The notes below the pieces were generated by a model. That model was not told the origin of the DNA. It worked only from the letters and a program-made list of their open reading frames with translations, and searched no databases. Of a DNA stretch of 64,000 bases, positions 45,540 to 54,505 are shown piece by piece. Origin of the DNA: an uncultured bacterium (GTDB lineage: Bacteria; Fidelibacterota; UBA2242); NCBI GenBank assembly GCA_964576275.1, contig CAZNUN010000008.1:32441-96440 (forward strand), given 5' to 3'. Position numbers and translations under genes: made by a program. Position 1 is the stretch's first letter. Every line of letters starts with the position of its first letter.

Positions 45540-46325
45540 TCATTCAATCACAAAGAAATCAACCGAATCAACAGTGGATGATCCGAAAAATCCATATCCA
45601 CCTCTGATTCCACACGACGTTCCGGCATTTAAATAGTAATTTTTATAGTTTTCATCTACGGCGATTACATGGATGGTGTATCGCCTATAATTTTCAACGT
45701 AATCGAAGTTGAAAGAGTGTGAGAGTTCATAGCGAATGTAGGTGCTGTCGATTTCAATATAGTCTTCATAAGAATAAAAATTTTTTTTATATCGGATAGA
45801 TTGATGCGATGAAGTCTTAATTGGCGGTTCATAGATAATAATTTTATAAGGGGGTAGTGTCGATTTTTTGTCCCATTTAATTCGCAAAGGTGTTTTGTCT
45901 TGCAGGATGGCGCCGTCTATTGGTTCGATGATGTTCACGACTTCAGGTATCTCGGTTTCACCGGTAATTTCTCCAATATCAGTCTTAATTATCAATGTAT
46001 AGCGTTCTCCAGGAATTACATTCAATTTTTTTTCATAATCAATATACCTGGGCGATTTATAAAAATCTTCAACGTAGAACAATTTAACCGATTGTCCTCC
46101 GCTGGTAATTGTAATTTCGGCATTATTGACGAATACATCTGCAGGTTCTAAATCTTCATTAACATTGTCCGTTGAATAATAAATGTAAACCTCTTGTTGA
46201 TCCCAGCAAGGACTTATAAATGCTTTTATGCTAAGTTCTTTCTGAAAAACCGATTCGGTCGGATTATCACAATGAAGCAGAAATAACAGTGATAAAATTA
46301 GATTAATAAATGGTGTTTTCTTCAT
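45540..46325 (-). CDS. Lipoprotein encoded downstream of the second TonB-dependent receptor (DUF4249-like position)
   Basis: Start trimmed to ATG 46325 (MKKTPFINLILSLLFLLHC, lipobox). AT-rich. Confidence 0.4.
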   Translation of the reverse strand: MKKTPFINLILSLLFLLHCDNPTESVFQKELSIKAFISPCWDQQEVYIYYSTDNVNEDLEPADVFVNNAEITITSGGQSVKLFYVEDFYKSPRYIDYEKKLNVIPGERYTLIIKTDIGEITGETEIPEVVNIIEPIDGAILQDKTPLRIKWDKKSTLPPYKIIIYEPPIKTSSHQSIRYKKNFYSYEDYIEIDSTYIRYELSHSFNFDYVENYRRYTIHVIAVDENYKNYYLNAGTSCGIRGGYGFFGSSTVDSVDFFVIE

Positions 46326-46338
46326 ATTTTTACCATCG

Positions 46339-48642
46339 TCAAAATTCAAAATTGACTTGAAAGGATGGAATGACCGGTGTATTAAATTGCGTTACAATAC
46401 TTGGTTCAGTTGTATCTTCATCTTCGTAAGTATAAAATAGCGGATTTTTCCGGTTATACACATTAATAACTTGGAATTTGAAACATAGTTGCGATTTCTT
46501 AAATGACCAGGTTTTGGATGCACCTATATCAACTCTGTGATATGGAGAAAATCTTGAAGAATTTTTCTCGCCTCGAACGAAACTCCAGCCGCCGTACCCG
46601 CTTCGATAATCCAGATTGACAATTAGTTCTTCGGTTACTTCCCGACCGCCAATGTCGGGATATTTTCCCACTACCGGGGTGTAGGGTAAACCACTTAAAT
46701 AATAACCCGCTATTTCGACATCCCAGCCCTTTCCCCAAGGATATTTTAATACGATTTTTAAATTATGCCTGCGGTCATAATCCGTGAAATATTTCTTGTT
46801 GCCCTGAATAATGTCAGCAAAACTCAAAGAATAATTGGCGGATAGATTCAGATTTTTCCATCCGGTTTCTTCCAGCCAAATATCAAGCCCGGAAGCCGTC
46901 TGTTTTTGAGTGATAATTTTGTAAGGATAAATATCGGATAATGCAGGGATATTTTTCATCAGTTTATGATAACCCTCGATCTTAAATAGGGTAGTTCCAG
47001 TTAGTCTCCAATCCAATCCACAACTAAAGTATTTTGATAAGAGTGGCTTTTCTCCTTTCGTAATGGGAAACGTAATCGTAAAAGGAGCAAAGAGACTGGC
47101 GGTTAGCTGATTCTTTAGTGTGTAATAATTTTGAACATGTTGACTGTAAGAAGCGGTTATGGCGATATTTTGTGTCAGTGTCCGTTTTAATTGGAATCCC
47201 GGCTCCAGACAAAAATCCTTACTGAGGTGAAACCATGTGGAGCGAACTCCCGCAATAAAGGAAGTTAAAATGTCGATTTTGTATTCGTCTTGAATATAGA
47301 AACTGAATTGCCAGCCATTTTTCTCATATTGATAATCTGCGGGTGCATTATCAAAGAATATCTTTTGGGGCGGTCGAACCAAATCGTACAATTCCGAATA
47401 TTCATCAATATGCCAGTCATATTCGTACTGAAGGTATTTGTATTCCAAACCTGTCCGGAAGTTGTGATTTTGACCCATTCTGAAAATGTTGACTCTACAA
47501 GCCAGATCGTTCATTTGATTTTCAATGTCGTTATGCAATGTGTTTGAATATAGCGTGTTTGAAGAATAGTATATATGCGACTTTATTAACAGATTTCGGT
47601 TTGGGTGATCTTGCCATTTAAAACTCAATATTCGATTGCCCCATTTTGGCTGGATTAAGCCTTCAACTTTTTCTTCATCATAGCTAAGAACATCACATAA
47701 TACATCTCGTGAGTAAAATGCGTTGATAGAAATAGATTGATTATTACTAATCGGAAAAACAATGCTGCCCTGCATGTCGTAAAAGTAATATTCCGGATCG
47801 TCTCCCATTGCTTTCCAGAGTTTGTCATAATAGTTACGTCTGCCAGCGAAAAAAATTTTTATTTTGCCGAATTCCCGACCAAAAGTAACTCCCGATGATA
47901 ACAGCCCGGCTGATAACTTTGTTTTGTATTTGTGAATGTCTGCGCCGGTTTTAGGAATGATGTTTATTTTTCCACCCAGATAACTGCCATATTGAGCATC
48001 CCTGATACCCGGGGAAAATTCCACTGTTCGGGCACCCTCGGCATTGAAAACGCTGAAAATATTACCAAGGTGATATGGATTTAATATCGGAACATCATCG
48101 AAGCAGATTTGTGTCTGATCCGGCGGACTGCCTCTCACATAGATTGTATTCGAATAATCACTAACGATAACGATTCCGGGAAAAGATTGGACGACTTTTA
48201 ATACATCTATTTCTCCGAGTGCAGGCGATGATGAGAGATTCGTAATATCTTCATCCAAATCCATGATACTCTTAAAAAGATCAGGCATCGACTCAACAAT
48301 TATAACTTTTTCACCATGGTATGGTAACATTCTCAATGATATGTTACATTCAATCGATTTTTTAGAAAGAAGATTGACCGTCACAGTATCACTCCGATAG
48401 CCCGCCATCTGGAATTGAATGCAATATTCACCTTTTGGTATCGTTAGTTGATAATAACCATTTTCATCCGTGATAGTCCCATAATCACTGTTCAATATAA
48501 TGATTTGAGCAGTTTTAATAGGTTCGCCTATTATGGAATCTGTAACTGTTCCAAAAATGGTAGCATGTTTTTTTTCACCTGCAAATATCGAGCTCACCAT
48601 TAACAGTAATTGAAATATTTTTAATACCGATTTAATCTTCAT
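46339..48642 (-). CDS. TonB-dependent outer-membrane receptor with a carboxypeptidase-regulatory-like domain, paralog 2 (AT-rich)
   Basis: 'TIFGTVTDSIIGEPIKTAQIIILNSDYGTITDENGYYQLTIPKGEYCIQFQMAGYRSDTVTV'. Plug 'IYVRGSPPDQTQICFDDVPILNPYHLGNIFSVFN'. C-terminal 'VNFEF'. Confidence 0.7.
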   Translation of the reverse strand: MKIKSVLKIFQLLLMVSSIFAGEKKHATIFGTVTDSIIGEPIKTAQIIILNSDYGTITDENGYYQLTIPKGEYCIQFQMAGYRSDTVTVNLLSKKSIECNISLRMLPYHGEKVIIVESMPDLFKSIMDLDEDITNLSSSPALGEIDVLKVVQSFPGIVIVSDYSNTIYVRGSPPDQTQICFDDVPILNPYHLGNIFSVFNAEGARTVEFSPGIRDAQYGSYLGGKINIIPKTGADIHKYKTKLSAGLLSSGVTFGREFGKIKIFFAGRRNYYDKLWKAMGDDPEYYFYDMQGSIVFPISNNQSISINAFYSRDVLCDVLSYDEEKVEGLIQPKWGNRILSFKWQDHPNRNLLIKSHIYYSSNTLYSNTLHNDIENQMNDLACRVNIFRMGQNHNFRTGLEYKYLQYEYDWHIDEYSELYDLVRPPQKIFFDNAPADYQYEKNGWQFSFYIQDEYKIDILTSFIAGVRSTWFHLSKDFCLEPGFQLKRTLTQNIAITASYSQHVQNYYTLKNQLTASLFAPFTITFPITKGEKPLLSKYFSCGLDWRLTGTTLFKIEGYHKLMKNIPALSDIYPYKIITQKQTASGLDIWLEETGWKNLNLSANYSLSFADIIQGNKKYFTDYDRRHNLKIVLKYPWGKGWDVEIAGYYLSGLPYTPVVGKYPDIGGREVTEELIVNLDYRSGYGGWSFVRGEKNSSRFSPYHRVDIGASKTWSFKKSQLCFKFQVINVYNRKNPLFYTYEDEDTTEPSIVTQFNTPVIPSFQVNFEF

Positions 48643-48704
48643 ACCTTCAAAATATTCAGGACTGGCTATCTTAATAGACAGCCAGTCCTTTTTTAATCAA
48701 GTCA

Positions 48705-49886
48705 TCAAGGAATCGAAAACGGAAGTTTGTGTTTCAAAGTTAAATCAGCATCACGAGAATGACCATAATACCAGGTTTTTGTGGTATATACCGGATCAAA
48801 ATAATAATAAGAATCACCACATCCCGGACAACCAAGATGCCAGGAATTTTCAATTAAATCGTCGTCACTAGTATCATCCTCCCATACCTGAACCCTGACA
48901 AAATCACTGAAAGAATCTTCGGTATATATTGTTTTCGGAAGCCAACTATAGTCTTCTTCCTCATAAAGTTTCTCATCATTTACACTTGGGAAATCAGTTC
49001 TTTTCCAAGTTCCATCATCCCATGGATACCGAGCTTTGACATAAATTTCTGGAGACCCACTTATCCATGGCTCGTGATCATCATATAAACAGAAATCACA
49101 CACTTGTATTTTATGTTCAGTTGGTGGAAGAGGAGGATCATCAGATAAAATATCCGCTGATTTTCCAATAGCATTATAATTCTTGGAGGTATGATAAGGT
49201 AGATGCGTATCGGGATCACTTCTTTCATTTATCCCCACCACTATCACCGGATAATCAGGTTCCGTATTAGCGTCCAGAATATATTCTTTCAGATCCGCAT
49301 CATAGGCAGTTATCTCTTCCCATTCCATATCATCAGTAGTTAGAGGAGTATAAGCTACCAGTATCGTCGATTCGCCATCCCAGTCATCGAAATTCACCGG
49401 CAGGGAAATCTGGAGCAGTGGCACGGTTTCAATCATTTCTAAAGTAAGAACTTGTCTTGTTCTTCCACTAAAACGGCTATTAACCATTTCTCTCAATTCC
49501 TGACCGGAAATCTGATTTTTCTTGATCTGTTCCCATAAAACATCATAGTCACCATCGAACTTTTCTCCAATCTTTTTCTTCAGAGTCTGACATATTTCCG
49601 GATGTTTTAGCGATTTTGCCACTGCCATCGCAAAATATTTTAATAACACCTCATCGACGACTGCATCGCGCCGCTCGTCGTCGGATGACTTTTCAAGAGC
49701 GTAGTTATTTAGAAGCGCTATATCACTTTCACTAATTTCGATTTTATCGACATCATTCTCGAACAGTTCAATAGCAGATGATTTTTCAGTATTGGTCGGC
49801 AGATTATCGGTTTCACAACTAATAATTAAGAAAAGAAACCCAAGGATTGTTAAAAATACAGATAACTTTTTCATTTTGTTCTTCAT
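48705..49886 (-). CDS. Hypothetical lipoprotein (AT-rich, acidic, Trp/Tyr-rich C-terminal region)
   Basis: Signal peptide with 'LIISC'. No recognisable family. Confidence 0.4.
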   Translation of the reverse strand: MKNKMKKLSVFLTILGFLFLIISCETDNLPTNTEKSSAIELFENDVDKIEISESDIALLNNYALEKSSDDERRDAVVDEVLLKYFAMAVAKSLKHPEICQTLKKKIGEKFDGDYDVLWEQIKKNQISGQELREMVNSRFSGRTRQVLTLEMIETVPLLQISLPVNFDDWDGESTILVAYTPLTTDDMEWEEITAYDADLKEYILDANTEPDYPVIVVGINERSDPDTHLPYHTSKNYNAIGKSADILSDDPPLPPTEHKIQVCDFCLYDDHEPWISGSPEIYVKARYPWDDGTWKRTDFPSVNDEKLYEEEDYSWLPKTIYTEDSFSDFVRVQVWEDDTSDDDLIENSWHLGCPGCGDSYYYFDPVYTTKTWYYGHSRDADLTLKHKLPFSIP

Positions 49887-50005
49887 TCTCTTTTAATTTC
49901 AAAGAAACTTCATTAAAATCATTGCGGAATGAGTGTAATCTCTTCGGAGATTACGATTGTTCGGCCCGGAGAAAATGCGCAATCATTAACTCCGGGCTTC
50001 TGCTT

Positions 50006-50323
50006 TCAAGACGGGCATAGCATATTTCCTTTCTTCTGATTATTAGTGAATATAAATGTCTGGATGCCGGGAATTAAATACCAGGCTCCAAGCACCAAAT
50101 ACCAAATAAATTTCAAATACCAATGTCCGAAACGATTCGGGATTGGGAGAGTTTGAGATTTGGTTATTGGTGCTTCTTTGGAATTTGGCGCTTGGATTTT
50201 GGCATTTCCTGCAGGAATAGGTTGTACCTCTCCTTTCGCAGGATTTGCGCTAGCAATACAGACATTTTCTCCGGCCGCATTTCCGCCGGCTTCTCCTACC
50301 TTCAGGGCTGATTTTCGACTCAT
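50006..50323 (-). CDS. Possible small membrane-anchored protein (low-complexity A/G/P/K-rich N-terminus, C-terminal 'WYLKFIWYLVLGAWYLIPG' TM)
   Basis: 105-aa ORF in an otherwise non-coding 850-nt region. Could be spurious. Confidence 0.2.
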   Translation of the reverse strand: MSRKSALKVGEAGGNAAGENVCIASANPAKGEVQPIPAGNAKIQAPNSKEAPITKSQTLPIPNRFGHWYLKFIWYLVLGAWYLIPGIQTFIFTNNQKKGNMLCPS

Positions 50324-50735
50324 TCCATCCCTTCGAAAAAACCATTTATATCAAACTTCCGAACAAACCAAAAACTCTGAGAAAAAGCCACTTCCCGCGT
50401 CTGCGGGAAAAACTACACTCAGTTGAAGAACCGATAAACGGAGTGAATATCAATTCTTCTTAGCCCAATTAGAAAGAACGGTTTGATGTTAAATAGCAAT
50501 TTTTAAAAAGGCAAATATTTTTTTAATTTCGCCGATAATTTCACTAATTAATTATTCATACAGTCAATCGTAAAACAGTCTTGTCAGGCTGTTCATTTTT
50601 GATCGGCAGGATTACCGTTCGGGCGAATCTATAAAATTTCACCCTAAGCGATTTTTTATCATGACAAATAAGTGTTAATTTACGTCGCTATTTTATGCCG
50701 GAAGATTGAAAGTAATTCAGCAGGAGAAAATATAA

Positions 50736-51806
50736 ATGGCGCGAAAAATCGTGCATATCATTGGCACCGGAACGGTGGGCGCTCCGCTCATCGGAGTATT
50801 GTTAGGCCGCCGGGAGCAATTGGGGATCGAGGAGATTTCGTTTCAACCGAACCTGAAAGCCCTGGAAAACAAGGCTTTTCTGAACGGTCTGGCGGCGCGC
50901 GGGGCGAAATTATGTGTCCGAGATGACGTTGCAGATGAATTTATCAGTGTAGGGTGTAAAATCGACTATTCCGCCGCGGAAGCGATTGAACGTGCTGCCG
51001 TGATCATTGATTGTTCGCCGGATGACGAACCACTGAAAAATAAGGCGGAAATATATTCGCGTTTGACTGGCGAACCGAAATTTTTCATCGCTCAGTCACG
51101 CGCGGCCGGTTTTGGGCTCGATTATGCCTACGGAATTAATGATTCAGCCCTGAATCCCGGTGAGACCCGTTTCGTGCGAATCGTATCCTGTAATGCCCAT
51201 AACATCGCCGCCCTTGTCAAAACATTGGCATTCGATGAGAGCGGCGAAAATCATCTTGATTGGGGGCGGTTCGTTTGTATCCGCCGTGACAGCGACATCA
51301 GCGAGACGAAAAATTTTATCCCGGCTCCGCAGATCAGTCTGTACAATGACGAGATGTTCGGAACCTATCAGGCTTACGACGCCGCTTCCTTATTTCGCAC
51401 TATAGGAACAGAACTCGATTTGTTTTCATCGGCTTTAAAAGTCAATTCCCAGTATCTTCACATGGTGCATTTCGATCTGAAACTAAAACGCCCCATTACT
51501 CTACCGACCGTCATAAATAAGCTCGAGAGCAATCCATTGATCGCCCTGACCAATAAAATCCAGTCCGCCCTGGTTTTTGCCTTCGCCCGCGACATGGGAT
51601 TTCTGGGCCGGATCATCAATCAATCGGTGGTCTCGGTCCCGAGCCTGAATGTTAAAGGCGACAGCGAGATCATGGGATTCTGTTTTTCACCGCAGGACGG
51701 CAATTCGATACTCAGTTCGATCGCTGCCGCGGTTTGGTTTTTTTACCCGCGTTCCTATCGTGATAAATTGCTAAATCTGAACGAACTGATCTTTGGGGAA
51801 ATCTGA
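50736..51806 (+). CDS. Archaeal-type (class II) glyceraldehyde-3-phosphate dehydrogenase-like NAD(P) oxidoreductase
   Basis: 'KIVHIIGTGTVGAPL' (Rossmann). 'VIIDCSPDD' matches 'VIDCTPEG'. 'RIVSCNAHNIAALVKTL' matches class-II GAPDH 'RVVSCNTTGLCRTL' (catalytic Cys). 'FVCIRRDSD' matches 'AVIVRRGADP'. SD 'CAGGAG'. Confidence 0.45.
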   Translation: MARKIVHIIGTGTVGAPLIGVLLGRREQLGIEEISFQPNLKALENKAFLNGLAARGAKLCVRDDVADEFISVGCKIDYSAAEAIERAAVIIDCSPDDEPLKNKAEIYSRLTGEPKFFIAQSRAAGFGLDYAYGINDSALNPGETRFVRIVSCNAHNIAALVKTLAFDESGENHLDWGRFVCIRRDSDISETKNFIPAPQISLYNDEMFGTYQAYDAASLFRTIGTELDLFSSALKVNSQYLHMVHFDLKLKRPITLPTVINKLESNPLIALTNKIQSALVFAFARDMGFLGRIINQSVVSVPSLNVKGDSEIMGFCFSPQDGNSILSSIAAAVWFFYPRSYRDKLLNLNELIFGEI

Positions 51807-51910
51807 AATAACCCGGAATGATTGACCGAAGGATGCGCCGGGAGGGCAAAGGGTATACAAAATATCAAAGATGGTCGTTATCAGAAATTTGATGAAGAAA
51901 TGATATAGAA

Positions 51911-52543
51911 ATGATAACCGAACAAATTATTACGCGGCTGTATGCCGAGAATGTCTGGCTGGTCGGCGATCCGCAGACTCGTCAGGGATTGATTGTCGAT
52001 CCAGGCGACCAGGCGTCGGAAATCATTGCTAAAATTACGGCGTCGGCGATCAGACCGCTGGCGATATTGAACACGCATGGACATCCCGATCATCTGGCCG
52101 CCGCCGCCGATCTTCAGGAATATTACCAGATCCCGTTTTATCTGCATTCCGCCGAATCGGCCACTTTCAGGGCGGCAATTTCTTTCGGCCAAATGCTGGG
52201 CATTCCGGTCAACCGTCTGCCGGAACCGGTAACCTTTATCGAGAATGAAAACATCCCCGAAGTCGCGCCCTTTCAGATAAAAGTCATTACGACCCCCGGC
52301 CACACTCCCGGCAGCGTCTGTTATCTGATTGATGGGCGACTTTTTTCCGGTGACACGCTTTTCCGGAATTCGATCGGACGGGTCGATCTGCCGGGCGGTT
52401 CCTGGCCGCAAATGGAAAAAAGTCTGTCGAAATTGAGGATGCTGCCGCCCGAAACCTTGGTCTATCCCGGGCACGGCATGCAGACTACCATTGCCCATGA
52501 ACTCCGCCATAATCCTTATCTTAGACCTAACGGTTCCAAGTGA
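51911..52543 (+). CDS. MBL-fold metallo-hydrolase (glyoxalase-II-like)
   Basis: 'ILNTHGHPDHLAAAADL' (HxHxDH), and downstream 'TPGHTPGS...GDTLF' and 'YPGHG'. Confidence 0.7.
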   Translation: MITEQIITRLYAENVWLVGDPQTRQGLIVDPGDQASEIIAKITASAIRPLAILNTHGHPDHLAAAADLQEYYQIPFYLHSAESATFRAAISFGQMLGIPVNRLPEPVTFIENENIPEVAPFQIKVITTPGHTPGSVCYLIDGRLFSGDTLFRNSIGRVDLPGGSWPQMEKSLSKLRMLPPETLVYPGHGMQTTIAHELRHNPYLRPNGSK

Positions 52544-53934
52544 AAAACCTCAATCTGCCACGAAGATTCAGCGAGTTTATCAAGAAAAATGGTTTGCTCG
52601 ATAACGTCCAGATGGTAGTTGCAGCCGTTTCCGGGGGAGTGGACTCCATGGCAATGCTGGATTTGCTCCTGACATACCGTCAGCGTCACCGGATTGAAAT
52701 TACCGTAGTGCATTTCAATCACCAGTTGCGCGGCGCCGAAGCCGATCGCGATGAGGAACTCGTGCGGAAATTTTGTCAGGAGCGATCGTTGGATTTTTTC
52801 CGCGATACTGCCGATGTTCGCAGCTTTGCCCGAGCGGAAAAAATCTCGCTGGAAATGGCCGGACGTGAACTGCGCTATGCCTTTTTTAATAGAATTGCCG
52901 GTCGCTATACCGACTCCGTGATCGCTACCGCTCATACTTTGGACGACCAGGCTGAAACAATTTTACTCCGACTGTTAAAAGGCAGCGGCCTGCAGGGATT
53001 ATCCGGAATTAACTATCAAAGGGAAAATGTCATCCGACCGCTGTTGTTTGCCACGAAAGCCGAATTGTACACATACGCGCGTCTGAGGCAGTTGCCTTTT
53101 GTCGAAGATCATACGAATTCGCTGTCAGATTGCGAGCGGAATATCGTCCGTAACCGGCTTTTACCGGAGATAAAACGCGATTTGAATTCCAACATCGTAA
53201 GAACATTGACTAATTTAGGTGAAAATATGGCCGAAGCGCGGCAGGTGATCGTTGAATCCGCGCTGGCAGCTTTGCCGGATTTGACGATCGTTACAGATTC
53301 CGCGCAAATTGTGCTTGATAAATCTGGCCTTAAAACCTATTTTATCGGGATTGAAAAGGAGATAATCTGGCAGTGTCTGCAAAGATTGACAGACAAGATA
53401 CAACCACTCAGCCATAGACAAATGAATACTCTGATTAACATGATCAATACAGGCAGCACCGGACGCAGTTACGCGATTGATGGCGGAATCCTGGTCATGA
53501 ATGATCGCGAGCGTCTGATCCTTCAGCGAACGGTCAATGCGGATTGGCCGGAGACAGATTATTGGCCTGGACAAACGATTGACAATGAATTTTTTATGCT
53601 GACGAGTGAACCGCTGGAAGCCGGTCAATATCGACGTCCGGCGCGCCATTCGGCTGTGGAGTATTTCGATCTCGATAAGCTGGGAGATCGTCTCCGGTTG
53701 CGCCACTGGCAGGCGGGTGACCGTCTGACGCCGCTGGGCATGAGCCAAAGCCGCAAGCTGAGTGACATTTTTATTGATTTAAAAATTCCCCGTTTGCGGA
53801 AAAGCCAAATCCCACTTTTAATCAGCGGCGATCGGATCGTATGGATCTGCGGGCTAACGCCGGCGGATGAATTCAAGATCACTTCAACGACTAAAACGGC
53901 TTTAAAAATTATCTATAAGGACAAACGAATATGA
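52540..53934 (+). CDS. tilS: tRNA(Ile)-lysidine synthetase
   Basis: PP-loop 'VAAVSGGVDSMAMLDLL'. 464 aa. The conserved tilS-hpt-ftsH synteny follows. GTG start overlapping the previous stop. Confidence 0.8.
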   Translation: MKNLNLPRRFSEFIKKNGLLDNVQMVVAAVSGGVDSMAMLDLLLTYRQRHRIEITVVHFNHQLRGAEADRDEELVRKFCQERSLDFFRDTADVRSFARAEKISLEMAGRELRYAFFNRIAGRYTDSVIATAHTLDDQAETILLRLLKGSGLQGLSGINYQRENVIRPLLFATKAELYTYARLRQLPFVEDHTNSLSDCERNIVRNRLLPEIKRDLNSNIVRTLTNLGENMAEARQVIVESALAALPDLTIVTDSAQIVLDKSGLKTYFIGIEKEIIWQCLQRLTDKIQPLSHRQMNTLINMINTGSTGRSYAIDGGILVMNDRERLILQRTVNADWPETDYWPGQTIDNEFFMLTSEPLEAGQYRRPARHSAVEYFDLDKLGDRLRLRHWQAGDRLTPLGMSQSRKLSDIFIDLKIPRLRKSQIPLLISGDRIVWICGLTPADEFKITSTTKTALKIIYKDKRI

Positions 53935-54488
53935 CGAAAACGATGATACTGGATTCCGGTTTTGGAAAATACACCGGGCAGGAACTTGAAGAACTGATCT
54001 CCGCCGAGGAAATAGACCGGCGCGTGACTGAACTGGGCGCGGAAATATCCGCGATGTACAAAGGCAAAGTGCCGATTTTTATTGGTGTGTTAAATGGCAG
54101 TTTTATCTTTTTTTCGGATTTGTTCCGCAAGTTGACAATTGACGGCGAAGTTGATTTCATCAAGATTTCATCCTATGCCGATCAGACCAAATCTTCGGGA
54201 ACGGTGCTGTTATTAAAGGACATCAGTTGTGATATTACCGGGCGGGATGTAATTATTGTTGAGGATATAATTGATTCCGGCCTGTCGATCAAATTCCTGA
54301 AGCGTCGTCTCGAGGAAAGCAATCCGAGTTCGGTGCGCTTTGCGGCCTTTTTGATGAAAGAATATACCAAAATCGATTTTCCAATCGATTTTCTGGGATT
54401 CCGGATTCCCAATAAATTTGTAGTCGGATATGGTCTGGATTTAGCCCAAAAACTACGCAACCTTAAATCGGTTTACGCTTTTAAGTAG
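53931..54488 (+). CDS. hpt: Hypoxanthine(-guanine) phosphoribosyltransferase
   Basis: PRPP-binding '[17 protein letters not shown]'. 185 aa. ATGA overlap with tilS. Confidence 0.8.
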   Translation: MTKTMILDSGFGKYTGQELEELISAEEIDRRVTELGAEISAMYKGKVPIFIGVLNGSFIFFSDLFRKLTIDGEVDFIKISSYADQTKSSGTVLLLKDISCDITGRDVIIVEDIIDSGLSIKFLKRRLEESNPSSVRFAAFLMKEYTKIDFPIDFLGFRIPNKFVVGYGLDLAQKLRNLKSVYAFK

Positions 54489-54505
54489 CAAAAAGGATTT
54501 TGAAA

